Virus record (IMG/VR): IMGVR_UViG_3300035670_000078
Span: 37,256-101,255 of that record
Strand: one strand, 5' to 3'
Source: a virus
Length of the DNA stretch: 64,000 bases
A program made the translations under genes and the position numbers. Below the pieces are notes generated by a model that saw only the letters and a program-made list of their open reading frames with translations, did not search any database and had not been told where the DNA came from. Below, piece after piece: positions 17,621 through 26,632 of the stretch (within the stretch, counting starts at the first letter, position 1; each line of letters opens with the position of its first letter).

Positions 17621-18013
17621 TCAATCAAGCCCGACGCCGCCCACGACCAGTAGTTTCCCTGGCGTTGTGGCGGCGTACCAGTCTCCGCTGACGTCAATCC
17701 AGATGTCGTAGAAGTAAGTACCTACCGAAAGAGGGGCACCTGAGCCCCTCGTGTCGTTTGGGCTCATGATAAAACGAACCGTGCCCTCTGTGGCATCGAC
17801 AAAGGTCGCCTCTGTCGGAACAGAAGTGTCCTTCGACAGGCGAACGTCATCAACACCGCTGGCCGGGTTGTAAACGTAGCCGATGTTCATGATGACACGC
17901 GACCCGCTGATGTCGTTTCCGCCCGCGTGGCTGATCTTAAACACCCAGTCCATGCGGGTTGACCCAGCCACGATCGAAAGGTCTGGTCCTGGTGATGGTG
18001 CCTTGGCCGACAT
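17621..18013 (-). CDS. BppU-N-like Ig-fold virion protein
   Basis: GTVRFIMSPNDT..GTYFYDIWI..GKLLV pattern. Confidence 0.6.
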   Translation of the reverse strand: MSAKAPSPGPDLSIVAGSTRMDWVFKISHAGGNDISGSRVIMNIGYVYNPASGVDDVRLSKDTSVPTEATFVDATEGTVRFIMSPNDTRGSGAPLSVGTYFYDIWIDVSGDWYAATTPGKLLVVGGVGLD

Positions 18014-18016
18014 ACC

Positions 18017-19384
18017 TTACCCCTTGCACTTGATCAGCGTTGCGTAAGTCCCCGGCTCGTTAACGAGCGTGGCCTGGTAGCCGGGTTCGTTAACGAGCCT
18101 GGTGTTGATGCACCTCAACACGTAAGAGCCGCCCCACGATGCGACGCATTCGAGGACCACGTTCCAGTCGACGGGCACAGGTCCGATGCCGAGCCCTTCC
18201 CATAGCACCGTGGCCGCATCGCTCGTGCTCATCGCCGAGCCAGCCGTTGCGCCAGAGACGGCGTCGCAGGTCAGGGCGAGGCTAGTCGCCATATCCGATG
18301 CGGCAAAGGTCAGCGAGCGGAAGGTCGGCGTCAGCGTCTGCGACGACGAGAGCGCCGAGCCCTTCGTCGCACCGCTGACGAACTGGTGATAGATGTCGAC
18401 GATGGTGTCGACGCGGACCGTGCACCCTGTGCCCGTCGAGCCTGTCAGGCGCGTCGTCGGATAGGTCACGCCGGCAGTGTACCCAGTGCCGGCTTGGTAA
18501 ATCTGCACGAAGTTGACGGATGTTCCGAATATGCCTTTGACTTGCACCTGGCCATCGTTATTTCCGCCGTCAATTCGCAAAATCTGGTCGAACGAATAAC
18601 CGGTCCCAGACGCCACGCGAGACACCGTGCGCATCGGGCCGGTAGGGTCATCGATGCTTACAGACCACATCGAGTCCACGACCGTCGAAAAGACCGAGTC
18701 CCAGCTCGTCGAGAGCGCGAGCGTGGTCGACATGTCCGCGCTCGATATCAGCTGTGCGATAACATCCCAGCTCGACGACAGAGTGAGTGCAGTGGACGCC
18801 TCCGATTCGACAACCGTGACTTCCTGCCCTTCAAAAGAAACGGACAAGGTCAGGGAGGCCGAGGCGTCTGCGCTAACCATCTGACGAGAGATGACGTCAA
18901 ACAGCGGGGTGAGCGTCGCCGACGTAGCGAAATCAGACTGGGCGATGGCCTGAGCGAGGAAGTCAGGCGTCGCGGTCAGCGCAGTTGTGGCTACGGATTG
19001 AGCCACTGCGGACGAATCGAACAGCGGCGACAGGGAGAGCGTCGTAGCACTGCTGGACTGAGCAAGCGCGGAACTGTCGAACTGTGCGGACGCCGCGAGG
19101 GTTGTAGACGACGGGGACGACGCTATGGCTGACGAGTCGAAGCTCGAAGAGAGTGCCGCACCTGCGGAGAGGTCGGACTCGACGACGGTCACCGTCTGCG
19201 AGTCGAAGCTGGGCGAGAGCGCCAGCGTGACCGTCGCATCGGCTGCGACCACCGTAACCGTCTCGCCGACGAAGGCCGAGGTCGCCGTGAGCGTCGTCGC
19301 AAACTCGGTGTCGGTCGTCGCCGCGCCACCGGCTGCAATGAGCGTAGCCAGGGGTCTAGTTGCTAATGGGTACGCGCCGAGCAT
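18017..19384 (-). CDS. Ser/Thr/Ala-rich repetitive fibre/virion protein
   Basis: Roughly 24-27 aa repeats (T-L-x-L-S-x-x-F-D) plus two GTGY repeats. Confidence 0.7.
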   Translation of the reverse strand: MLGAYPLATRPLATLIAAGGAATTDTEFATTLTATSAFVGETVTVVAADATVTLALSPSFDSQTVTVVESDLSAGAALSSSFDSSAIASSPSSTTLAASAQFDSSALAQSSSATTLSLSPLFDSSAVAQSVATTALTATPDFLAQAIAQSDFATSATLTPLFDVISRQMVSADASASLTLSVSFEGQEVTVVESEASTALTLSSSWDVIAQLISSADMSTTLALSTSWDSVFSTVVDSMWSVSIDDPTGPMRTVSRVASGTGYSFDQILRIDGGNNDGQVQVKGIFGTSVNFVQIYQAGTGYTAGVTYPTTRLTGSTGTGCTVRVDTIVDIYHQFVSGATKGSALSSSQTLTPTFRSLTFAASDMATSLALTCDAVSGATAGSAMSTSDAATVLWEGLGIGPVPVDWNVVLECVASWGGSYVLRCINTRLVNEPGYQATLVNEPGTYATLIKCKG

Positions 19385-19392
19385 GTGTCACC

Positions 19393-20280
19393 TCACCAGC
19401 ACTGAATGATTACTACGCCAGGACCGCCGTCGCCACCTCTGCCGCTGCTATTAGCGGCGACGAGGCTTCCACCCCCACCGCCACCGCCGGCCCCCCACGC
19501 ACTGCCCGCACCACCACCTATTCCATTGACCCCTGTAACAGCGCTCGCACCACCACCACAACCACCATATATCTTTAGAGGAAATATCGTGGCCCAGCTA
19601 AACCCATTATTTAATGGACGAGCACCTGAGCTTATTACAAACGGAGTACCTGCCAGGCCCGAAATGGAACCACCCGAACTACCCGCGCCTCCGGCGCCGG
19701 AGGCGCCGCCGTATATCTGAGACGATGTGCTTTGAGTAATACCGTTACCGCTAGCCGAGTTGGTAGGTGCGGTGGCCCCTGCGTTACCAGCGATTGATAA
19801 GAACGAACCTAGGAGGGCGAACGGTCGCGCGCTGGCGATGGTACCGCCAGCTCCACCAGCGGTGTAGGCGCCACCGCTACCCGCATTAGCTTCAAGGTAT
19901 AGATATTGAGCTGTGGTAGACGGCGCCATCGAGACGACGGTGGCGGTCGGCGCGTAGGTCACATTTCCAGCGTTACCAGTAGTATTACTAACAGGCGCCC
20001 CACCACTACCGCCAGGAGACACTTGGATATACAGAGAATCTGGCAGCATAAAGATTGGGATGGTGAGACGCGACACTGCGCCAGACCCCCCTCCGCCACC
20101 ACCGCCAAAGTTTGCTCCAGTAGCACCAGAGGCGCCGCCTCCACCTGGCCCGATGGCGTAAATCGACACCATGACAAATCCGCGCGGCTTATTCCATATC
20201 TGCCATGAATCGGTTGATGTGCCTTGCGGCAGGAAGACCGACAGACCTGGAATCTCTGGAACGTGCGATAGGTCAATCAT
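19393..20280 (-). CDS. glycine-rich virion protein, paralogue 3
   Basis: MIDLSHVP..WNKP..GGGG..GDGGPGVVIIQCW. Confidence 0.8.
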   Translation of the reverse strand: MIDLSHVPEIPGLSVFLPQGTSTDSWQIWNKPRGFVMVSIYAIGPGGGGASGATGANFGGGGGGGSGAVSRLTIPIFMLPDSLYIQVSPGGSGGAPVSNTTGNAGNVTYAPTATVVSMAPSTTAQYLYLEANAGSGGAYTAGGAGGTIASARPFALLGSFLSIAGNAGATAPTNSASGNGITQSTSSQIYGGASGAGGAGSSGGSISGLAGTPFVISSGARPLNNGFSWATIFPLKIYGGCGGGASAVTGVNGIGGGAGSAWGAGGGGGGGSLVAANSSGRGGDGGPGVVIIQCW

Positions 20281-20283
20281 GGG

Positions 20284-21174
20284 TCACCACGCAATGATGC
20301 AGGCATAAGCTGGTCCGCCTTGTCCGCCTGAGGAAGTACTGCCATTTCCAGAACCTCCGCCCCCACCACCAGCCCCATAACCCACCGCAGAGCCGCCCGC
20401 GCCACCGATGGTAGGGCCACCCGTTCCACTACTACTGCCACCGATACCGCCTACGGATAGGAATAGCGGCGGGATGAACATTCCGTTGGACCCCGGATTC
20501 GCTTTAGGAAGAGCACCGCTAATAGAAGGTACTATTAACGGAATCTCAGAAGTGAAACCTCCGCTTGAACTGCCAGAGCTGCCGCCTGCACCACCGCCGC
20601 CGCAACCGCCCAGGATGGGCAATCCTGTCGCTATGGTAATAGCGCTAGATGCACCTTGAGGCCCAGAGGTGCCTGCGCGGCCTGCTTGCAGGTTAAAAAA
20701 CAGCGCAGAGGATATCAATCTAGCGTTGGTACTGCTTATGGCGGCCCCACCGCTACCACCAGAACCAGCCACCGAGCTGGTGCCGTTACCCCCAGCGTTA
20801 CCACCGTTTGCATCGAGGTACAAAGAAGGTGGTGCCGAGCTACCTGACCCATAGTTGCCTATTTTAGCCTTAGCTCCAGCAGTTGCGGAACCGCCTATGG
20901 GAGCCCCTGAACCAGACAAGCCAGAGAATATCACATAAAGCGTGTTCGGTATGAAGCTGGCTAAGAAAAGGCCCTGTGAAAGCCCTCCGCTACCACCGCC
21001 ACCGCCACCGCCACCACCTGCGTTTGAGGAGCCCGAGCCACCACCTCCACCACCTCCAAGACACATCATAAAAACAAGCGTTGTGTTAGGAGGCTTTTGC
21101 CATACGCGGATTCCGCTTGGCCCTATGAACTCAGTCACCGTTGCATTTTGCGGTAGGTGTGAAAAGTCGAACAT
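20284..21174 (-). CDS. glycine-rich virion protein, paralogue 2
   Basis: MFDFSHLP..WQKP..GGGG..GQGGPAYACIIAW. Confidence 0.8.
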   Translation of the reverse strand: MFDFSHLPQNATVTEFIGPSGIRVWQKPPNTTLVFMMCLGGGGGGGSGSSNAGGGGGGGGGSGGLSQGLFLASFIPNTLYVIFSGLSGSGAPIGGSATAGAKAKIGNYGSGSSAPPSLYLDANGGNAGGNGTSSVAGSGGSGGAAISSTNARLISSALFFNLQAGRAGTSGPQGASSAITIATGLPILGGCGGGGAGGSSGSSSGGFTSEIPLIVPSISGALPKANPGSNGMFIPPLFLSVGGIGGSSSGTGGPTIGGAGGSAVGYGAGGGGGGSGNGSTSSGGQGGPAYACIIAW

Positions 21175-21177
21175 AGC

Positions 21178-22128
21178 TCACCAGCTCGCAATGATGACTA
21201 GGCCAGGCCCGCCATCGCCACCGTTGCCGGCGCGGAGCGTAGTCGAGGTGTGAGCACCTCCGCCACCGCCACCCGCACCCCAGACAGCTCCATGCCCACC
21301 GCTCTGCGCATCGTTTAGTGAGCTCTTGCTTGCACCACCGCCAACACCACCGTAAAAGTACCCAGCGTAAACGAACCCTGATGAGGCGTAGTCAGTTGAG
21401 TCAATGTCTCCACCACTGACAGCGCTCAGCAGTGTATTAGCGACAGCGTTGTAACCGCCACCGCTATACGAAACGTCGGAAGTGCCCTTGATCGCGCCGC
21501 CGCCAGCAGGTCCAGATAATATCAAGCTAGTGAAAGGCGTAATGGAGGACCCTATAGAAATACCGCCAGTTGCACCAGCAACACCACTTGTAAACGCACG
21601 GTTTAGTGCCATTTGCCCAAGAGGTGCTGACGTAGCGATGGCGCTCGATCCTGCGGTGCCGCCAGTCGCGATACCACGGCCAGAGACACCACCACCAGGT
21701 GCGGCCGTACCAGATACGCCTATCAAGTTTCCGACGGTCGTCGACGGGTACACGGCGACGTAAGACAGAGCCCCCGCTGCACCATTTGTTGCCGAAGTAG
21801 ATCCGGTAGCAGAGCCCGTACCACCGCGTCCACCAACACCACCAGAGCGACTGAGGACATATAGCTTGTCTGGTAGCACCCACGCTGGAAACAGGTAACG
21901 CGAAATTCCACTACTCCCGCCACCGCCACCGCCATACAAGCCGCTAGCCCAGAAGCCAGTATCACCACCCCCTCCACCACCGCCAGAAGAGATGAGCAAC
22001 ATCGCTACCATGGTGACGCCGCGTGGCTTATTCCACACGCGCCAACAGGTAAGGGTGGTGCTTGAATCCTCACCAGGAAACCACACCACGCGCTCGCTCG
22101 GCTCTGGCAGGTGGAGGAGGTCAATCAT
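21178..22128 (-). CDS. glycine-rich virion protein, paralogue 1
   Basis: MIDLLHLP..WNKP..GGGG..GDGGPGLVIIASW. Confidence 0.8.
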   Translation of the reverse strand: MIDLLHLPEPSERVVWFPGEDSSTTLTCWRVWNKPRGVTMVAMLLISSGGGGGGGDTGFWASGLYGGGGGGSSGISRYLFPAWVLPDKLYVLSRSGGVGGRGGTGSATGSTSATNGAAGALSYVAVYPSTTVGNLIGVSGTAAPGGGVSGRGIATGGTAGSSAIATSAPLGQMALNRAFTSGVAGATGGISIGSSITPFTSLILSGPAGGGAIKGTSDVSYSGGGYNAVANTLLSAVSGGDIDSTDYASSGFVYAGYFYGGVGGGASKSSLNDAQSGGHGAVWGAGGGGGGAHTSTTLRAGNGGDGGPGLVIIASW

Positions 22129-22562
22129 CAGTACTTCCCACCGAAGATGGTGACGGTCAGCTCGCAGCTACCACCCGGCGCAGTGCCAACTGTGACGTAA
22201 ATGGCATAACCTGGTGGAAGTGCCATATTTAAGCCGTAATCAAAATCCGGCAGCGGAGCGGTGGCCGATGTCGTCGTGGACGGCAGGCCAAGCTCGCCGA
22301 TGAGGGCAGAGTTCGATGCCGTTCCGACCGCGCTACCGTTGTTGAGCCAGAAACGCACGACCGTCGCGGCGCTGTTGTTGGCTGGATTGACCTTCACGCG
22401 CGCATTGCGCACGAAACCACCATTAGTCGCATCAGCAGTGAACGCGAGGTAGCTCGTGCCGCTGGTGAGGTCGATGGTGTTGTTCGCGGTATCAATGCTC
22501 TCAGCCCACTGAATATCAGCGACGCGCGAGAAGATGGGCTCACTGTTTGGCGCTGCCATCAC
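22128..22562 (-). CDS. beta-rich virion/fibre-associated protein
   Basis: PNSEPIFS...NMALPPGYAIYV...GGKY; coupled to neighbours. Confidence 0.65.
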   Translation of the reverse strand: MMAAPNSEPIFSRVADIQWAESIDTANNTIDLTSGTSYLAFTADATNGGFVRNARVKVNPANNSAATVVRFWLNNGSAVGTASNSALIGELGLPSTTTSATAPLPDFDYGLNMALPPGYAIYVTVGTAPGGSCELTVTIFGGKY

Positions 22563-22846
22563 TCACCCCCTTCAGGTACAGGCGTCGGCTCAGGCGGCGT
22601 CGGCTGATACGGTGCTAGGTACATTGAAACCACGAGCGTCGCCTTCTTGGGGCGCTCGATGACGCACGCGCAGCGCATCCCATTGATCTCAACCCACGCG
22701 CGCAGGTCTTCGGCTTGAGAGAATGGCACGACGATTTCGCAGACGGTTTGACCAGCGGCGAGCGCCGCGCTGATAGCCGCCTCCACGCTGGCCTTGCTCT
22801 CATCGAGAGTCGGCTCAACAGGCGGTGTGGGTACGGGGAAAGGCAT
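22559..22846 (-). CDS. hypothetical protein
   Basis: RBS GAGGA; fills the operon gap. Confidence 0.6.
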   Translation of the reverse strand: MPFPVPTPPVEPTLDESKASVEAAISAALAAGQTVCEIVVPFSQAEDLRAWVEINGMRCACVIERPKKATLVVSMYLAPYQPTPPEPTPVPEGGE

Positions 22847-22854
22847 ATATCCTC

Positions 22855-23229
22855 TCAGGGTAGGAAGTTGCGTTGCGAAAGCAGGATGGCGCGGCCTGCG
22901 CCAATCATCCGCTCGGCCTGATAACCAAGCAACGACGCGAAGACTTTCTTCGTGCCAGCCGAGAACGTGACGGCGTTATTGCTGTTGCTCGACTGAATGA
23001 CGGTCTCGCGAACGAGGGTCGTCGACGCGGACAGGTAGCCGATGCCCGTCTCCCATTCCGACTCATCATCGTTCTGGATGACGTATGAAAAACGCTTGGA
23101 CTCGATGCCGCCATTGCCGAAGGCCGTGTTGAACGTCACGCGGCCCGTCGGAGCGGTGCCTGAGAGCGTCATGTCGGACGAGCCGGTCGTCGTGGTCGTG
23201 TCCTCGACGCGGTCATAAAAGCTGGGCAT
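22855..23229 (-). CDS. tail-fibre N-terminal-like protein
   Basis: DRVEDTTTTTGS...WETGIG...SSNSNNAVTFSAGTKKVF pattern, common at phage fibre N-termini. Confidence 0.7.
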   Translation of the reverse strand: MPSFYDRVEDTTTTTGSSDMTLSGTAPTGRVTFNTAFGNGGIESKRFSYVIQNDDESEWETGIGYLSASTTLVRETVIQSSNSNNAVTFSAGTKKVFASLLGYQAERMIGAGRAILLSQRNFLP

Positions 23230-23240
23230 CGCTTACCTCA

Positions 23241-23678
23241 TCAGTCGAGCGTGATGGTCGACGTCGTCTTGACGCGCGGGATGACGCCCGTGGTCACCGA
23301 GATTGACGGCGAGAGCGCGCCGTAAAGCACCAGCTTGCCAGTGCCAGAGGAGGCCGTGCCGAGACCGACGTGCGTGATGGTTGCAGTGCCGCCGGTGGCT
23401 TCGGGGAAGTCCACATTGGCCGTCGGCGAGGCCGAGTTGCCAGTGACGGTCCATCCGCCTGCAGTACGCGCCACAGCAACGCGAGCGTAGCTCGTGTAGC
23501 TCGTCTCGTTCGTGCTCTGCGTGCCGGTCTCGCCAGGCGACGAGGTGTGAAGCGAGAGATAGAACGAGCCTGCTGTCGTGCTACCGCGCAGCCCCGTCGC
23601 GTCGCCGATGTCGGCGATGTCGGAGTTGTTGAGCAGGTGAAGCAGCATTTCATTTTCGAGGGTATTGCTGAACGACAT
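23241..23678 (-). CDS. conserved small tail/fibre-associated protein
   Basis: YLSLHTSSPGE..NETSYTSYARVAV..VDFPEATGG..ITHVGLG pattern. Confidence 0.75.
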   Translation of the reverse strand: MSFSNTLENEMLLHLLNNSDIADIGDATGLRGSTTAGSFYLSLHTSSPGETGTQSTNETSYTSYARVAVARTAGGWTVTGNSASPTANVDFPEATGGTATITHVGLGTASSGTGKLVLYGALSPSISVTTGVIPRVKTTSTITLD

Positions 23679-23782
23679 CGGAGTTTCTCCTTGGAGACCG
23701 TAAAGCCTCTTGGAAGAGGCATCGCCTGCGACAGACGATGCCGCGCGGGGGCGCTGTGGCGCACGGCGCGGCGTTGACTACT

Positions 23783-24223
23783 CTAGTTGGCAGCCATGAC
23801 TGCGAAAGCCGCCGCCGTACCACCGACTACGACCCCGACTGTTAGCATGAACCAAGGCCGCTCGTAAAACGGAACGGGCTTGATAACCTCAACGGTCAGC
23901 GGAGGACGGCGCTCACAGGCCAAGCGAGCGTCATCGAGCAGCTTGACTTCTTGGGTGTGCTTTTCCTCAAGCAACGTCAGCTTACGGCCGCAGGTGAAAA
24001 TCTCGAGATGCTCATCGTCGCACTCGGCATCGATGAGCAGATCAATCAGGTCATCCGGGTCAACGAGGTCACCGTCGAACGGAGCGCGCTCACCCTTCTT
24101 GAGGTGGACAGCATTGTAGGCTGGCTCAGGCTCGGCGGCTCTGGCGTAAAAGCAAGCTTTCGTACTTAGCAGCCCAAAAGCAAAAGCCAATACCACGACG
24201 GCTGCAATCTTAGCAGGTTTCAT
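23783..24223 (-). CDS. exported protein with C-terminal TM helix (spanin-like?)
   Basis: N-terminal signal peptide, APFDG, coiled coil, PWF + C-terminal hydrophobic helix. Confidence 0.7.
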   Translation of the reverse strand: MKPAKIAAVVVLAFAFGLLSTKACFYARAAEPEPAYNAVHLKKGERAPFDGDLVDPDDLIDLLIDAECDDEHLEIFTCGRKLTLLEEKHTQEVKLLDDARLACERRPPLTVEVIKPVPFYERPWFMLTVGVVVGGTAAAFAVMAAN

Positions 24224-24438
24224 CGCTTGAGCCCTTTTAATGCAGCGCGAACGGCCGCGTCTTTGGCCATAAGCAAGTACTCAAGACAAATAGCTCGCTG
24301 CCTGCAGTCAGGCAGCGAGCTATAGGCTTGATAGGCAAGGTTGGAGAAGTGCATACTTATAGAGCGCATAGGCTCTGTCAGATGACCGTAAGAGAAGTAA
24401 GCAAGCTCTTCAGGCGGCGCTACGGGGTCAGGAGTCAT
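24220..24438 (-). CDS. small helical-hairpin protein, Acb2/Tad1-hairpin-like candidate
   Basis: YFSYGHL...SLPDCRQRAICLEYLLMAKDAAVRA; ATGA overlaps at both ends. Confidence 0.7.
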   Translation of the reverse strand: MTPDPVAPPEELAYFSYGHLTEPMRSISMHFSNLAYQAYSSLPDCRQRAICLEYLLMAKDAAVRAALKGLKR

Positions 24439-24821
24439 TTACGCCTCTTTTGCTTCCAGGCGTTGAACTTATCAACGGCGGTGCCTGACCGTACCACCGC
24501 ATCTTTAGCCTCGGAAGTCTTAGAATCATTAGCTTTATTTAACAAATCTCGGTCTTGGTCAATTTTCTTAAGCTCGGCTTTGACCTCGGCAGAGATCGCT
24601 GCGCGCTTTGCGCTAAGCTCTCGTTCTCGTTCAGCTGCTGCGGCAGCTTCTCGAGCCCTAGCTTCAGCTTCAGACTTTTGCCTAAGCGCATCCTCCAACT
24701 TTTCGGAGGTAGCATCCAAGAGATTCATCGCTCTTTTCCACTGCCAGATTGCGCAGAGCAAAATTGCGAGTAAAGAGACGAGAGTCCAAACGATCCATCT
24801 TGGTAGATTGAAGAACTTCAT
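24435..24821 (-). CDS. i-spanin (Rz)-like protein
   Basis: Single N-terminal TM followed by a long coiled coil, downstream of the endolysin. Confidence 0.6.
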   Translation of the reverse strand: MKFFNLPRWIVWTLVSLLAILLCAIWQWKRAMNLLDATSEKLEDALRQKSEAEARAREAAAAAERERELSAKRAAISAEVKAELKKIDQDRDLLNKANDSKTSEAKDAVVRSGTAVDKFNAWKQKRRK

Positions 24822-25111
24822 GTGTACGTCTCCTCTCTCACATCGCCGTCGAAATACTCAAACTTGTAACTTTGAAGCTTGCCGCACTTCTTACAGGCCG
24901 TGTCCGTTCGCCAACCCATAAGCATTTGAGTTTCAGGTTTGGTTACGAACACATGCTCGCAAGACTCTTCACTGACGATCTTTCGCTGCCTTTCGATAAA
25001 GCCAGCCATCATGTGATAGCCCGGCCAGTGCGTACCGAAACGCTTCACGGCATCCATCTGTGTGCTGATCAGCCAGTCGAGAAGCTCGACTTTATCGGCC
25101 TGATCGTTCAT
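24818..25111 (-). CDS. hypothetical protein (97 aa), C/H..CxxC motif
   Basis: Start re-called to ATG 25111 (ATGA overlap with endolysin stop); CEH...CKKC. Confidence 0.6.
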   Translation of the reverse strand: MNDQADKVELLDWLISTQMDAVKRFGTHWPGYHMMAGFIERQRKIVSEESCEHVFVTKPETQMLMGWRTDTACKKCGKLQSYKFEYFDGDVREETYT

Positions 25112-25809
25112 TCCGGCCACCGCATAATATCGGCGAAGCCGGGGCGGTAGAGATGCTTGCAGACGGCGATGGGCCGAGTCTGGCGGATGACGCCCTGGAA
25201 CCGCTGACCTTTCGGACCACGTCCGGTGGCGTTCCCCTCGACGGTGTCGAAGGTCTTGGCGACGGGGTCCCACGAGTCGACGACGGTGATGTGCTGGCCG
25301 AACCGATCGGTGCCGTTGACGATGAGGATGTCGCCCATCTGCGGCTCGAACTTCTCGACGAGCGCGATCTTGGCCGCGTCGTTTCCGAGAAGCTCAGCGA
25401 ACTTTCGCTCGACCGTGCCCTCGGGGGCCTTCTTCATGTAGCTGACGAACTTGTTGGGCGGGCTCTGGTAACGAGCGTACCGGAAAAGCCGGTAGGTCGA
25501 TGCGAGGTAGTGCTTGCGGATATCGGGGTCGAGCGCCTGCCAAGCGTGCGAGGCGAATGCGCCGCACCACTCGAAGTCACCATCCCAGCGATAATCCTTG
25601 GTGGTCATGCTGACAGAGGGCCAGCCAAGACCCTGAGAGGGGGACTTGATGCAGAGGTTGATGAAGGCGCGGTCATCGTCAAAGGACGGGTCTCCCCACG
25701 CCTTGCGCGTGGGGTCCATGATGCCCTTGTTCCACGCCACGACCGCGAGCCGTAGGGCTTCCTGCCCTGCCTTCTTGATGGCTTCCTTCTGCTGCTCAAT
25801 CGTCATCAT
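25108..25809 (-). CDS. CHAP-like cysteine amidase/peptidase, putative endolysin
   Basis: WCGAFAS, GDILIV, HITVV, TVEGN catalytic motifs; located in the lysis cassette. Confidence 0.8.
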   Translation of the reverse strand: MMTIEQQKEAIKKAGQEALRLAVVAWNKGIMDPTRKAWGDPSFDDDRAFINLCIKSPSQGLGWPSVSMTTKDYRWDGDFEWCGAFASHAWQALDPDIRKHYLASTYRLFRYARYQSPPNKFVSYMKKAPEGTVERKFAELLGNDAAKIALVEKFEPQMGDILIVNGTDRFGQHITVVDSWDPVAKTFDTVEGNATGRGPKGQRFQGVIRQTRPIAVCKHLYRPGFADIMRWPE

Positions 25810-25812
25810 AGA

Positions 25813-25986
25813 TCACCACCTCTTAGACAGGGTCTCTTCGCCCTGGTTGTCAGACTTGAACGTATCCACCTCTGCGGATGCGCGGCCTTTCCTCACGCTG
25901 TTTAGCAGCGCCTTACATTTCGCGCAGCGGTTGTCGTCGCGCGGCTCGTGAATGTGCGGGGTCGTCTCGTCAGTCAGCTGAGCCAT
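25813..25986 (-). CDS. small hypothetical protein (57 aa) absent from the ORF track
   Basis: GAGAGG RBS, ATG, MAQLTDETTPHIHEPRDDNRCAKCKALL...KRW; fills the gap between HNH and endolysin. Confidence 0.55.
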   Translation of the reverse strand: MAQLTDETTPHIHEPRDDNRCAKCKALLNSVRKGRASAEVDTFKSDNQGEETLSKRW

Positions 25987-26632
25987 TGAAGTACCTCTCT
26001 GGGACGCGGTCGCGCTGCAGGAATCTTTGGTGCCAAACCTGAACGGTCTTCACAGACACGTCAAAGGCGGTGGCGATCTTCTTGACGCTCTCCCCCTTCA
26101 GGAGGAGCAGGTGCATCTGATATCGGTCATCCCACTCGGTCTTGGAAAAGGACGAGTGGTTGGAGATCGACAGGTCCCGCATGTTCTCTTCGTGAGTACC
26201 TGCGTAGAGGTGCTCCGGGTTGATGCACAGGCGGTTGTCGCACTTGTGACAGATCATTAATCCGTCTGGGATCTCACCATGGAAAAGGCGATAGCTGGTC
26301 CGGTGAGCGGTCACCATCTTGTCGCCGTCACGGATGGTGCCGTAGCCGCCGATGTTCAGGCGCCCTTTCCATTCCCAGCAGCCCGAAGGCTTTTCCTCAT
26401 AGAGACGGCAAAGGCGGTGAAACATCGGAACGGCTCGACCGGCGTCAGCGCAGGTGGTCGAGCAGTATTTCCGGTCGCTGGCCGTCTTCTCGGTGAGGAT
26501 GAAGACCTTGCCGCACTCATCGCAGGCGAACTTGACCTTAGGCTTCTTCCGCTTGTCTTTCTTCGGGCGCGGCGCGTCGTCCCATCGCTTGAAGACCTTC
26601 TTTACCTCAACGACCTTTTCAACGATCGGCAT
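25970..26632 (-). CDS. HNH homing endonuclease with Zn finger and C-terminal HTH
   Basis: CDECG..KYCSTTC, GCWEWKG, AHRTSY, CHKCDNRLCINPEHLYAGTHEENMRD; start re-called to ATG 26632 (RBS GGGGAGGG). Confidence 0.9.
   Translation of the reverse strand: MPIVEKVVEVKKVFKRWDDAPRPKKDKRKKPKVKFACDECGKVFILTEKTASDRKYCSTTCADAGRAVPMFHRLCRLYEEKPSGCWEWKGRLNIGGYGTIRDGDKMVTAHRTSYRLFHGEIPDGLMICHKCDNRLCINPEHLYAGTHEENMRDLSISNHSSFSKTEWDDRYQMHLLLLKGESVKKIATAFDVSVKTVQVWHQRFLQRDRVPERYFNGSAD

Noticed and set aside
19393-22128. Diversity-generating retroelement acting on the Gly-rich paralogues
   Set aside because: No reverse transcriptase in the window and no near-identical TR/VR pair with adenine-specific differences seen
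25112-25273. Upstream extension of ORF 24818-25273
   Set aside because: Lies inside the CHAP gene; the ATGA-coupled start at 25111 is more plausible
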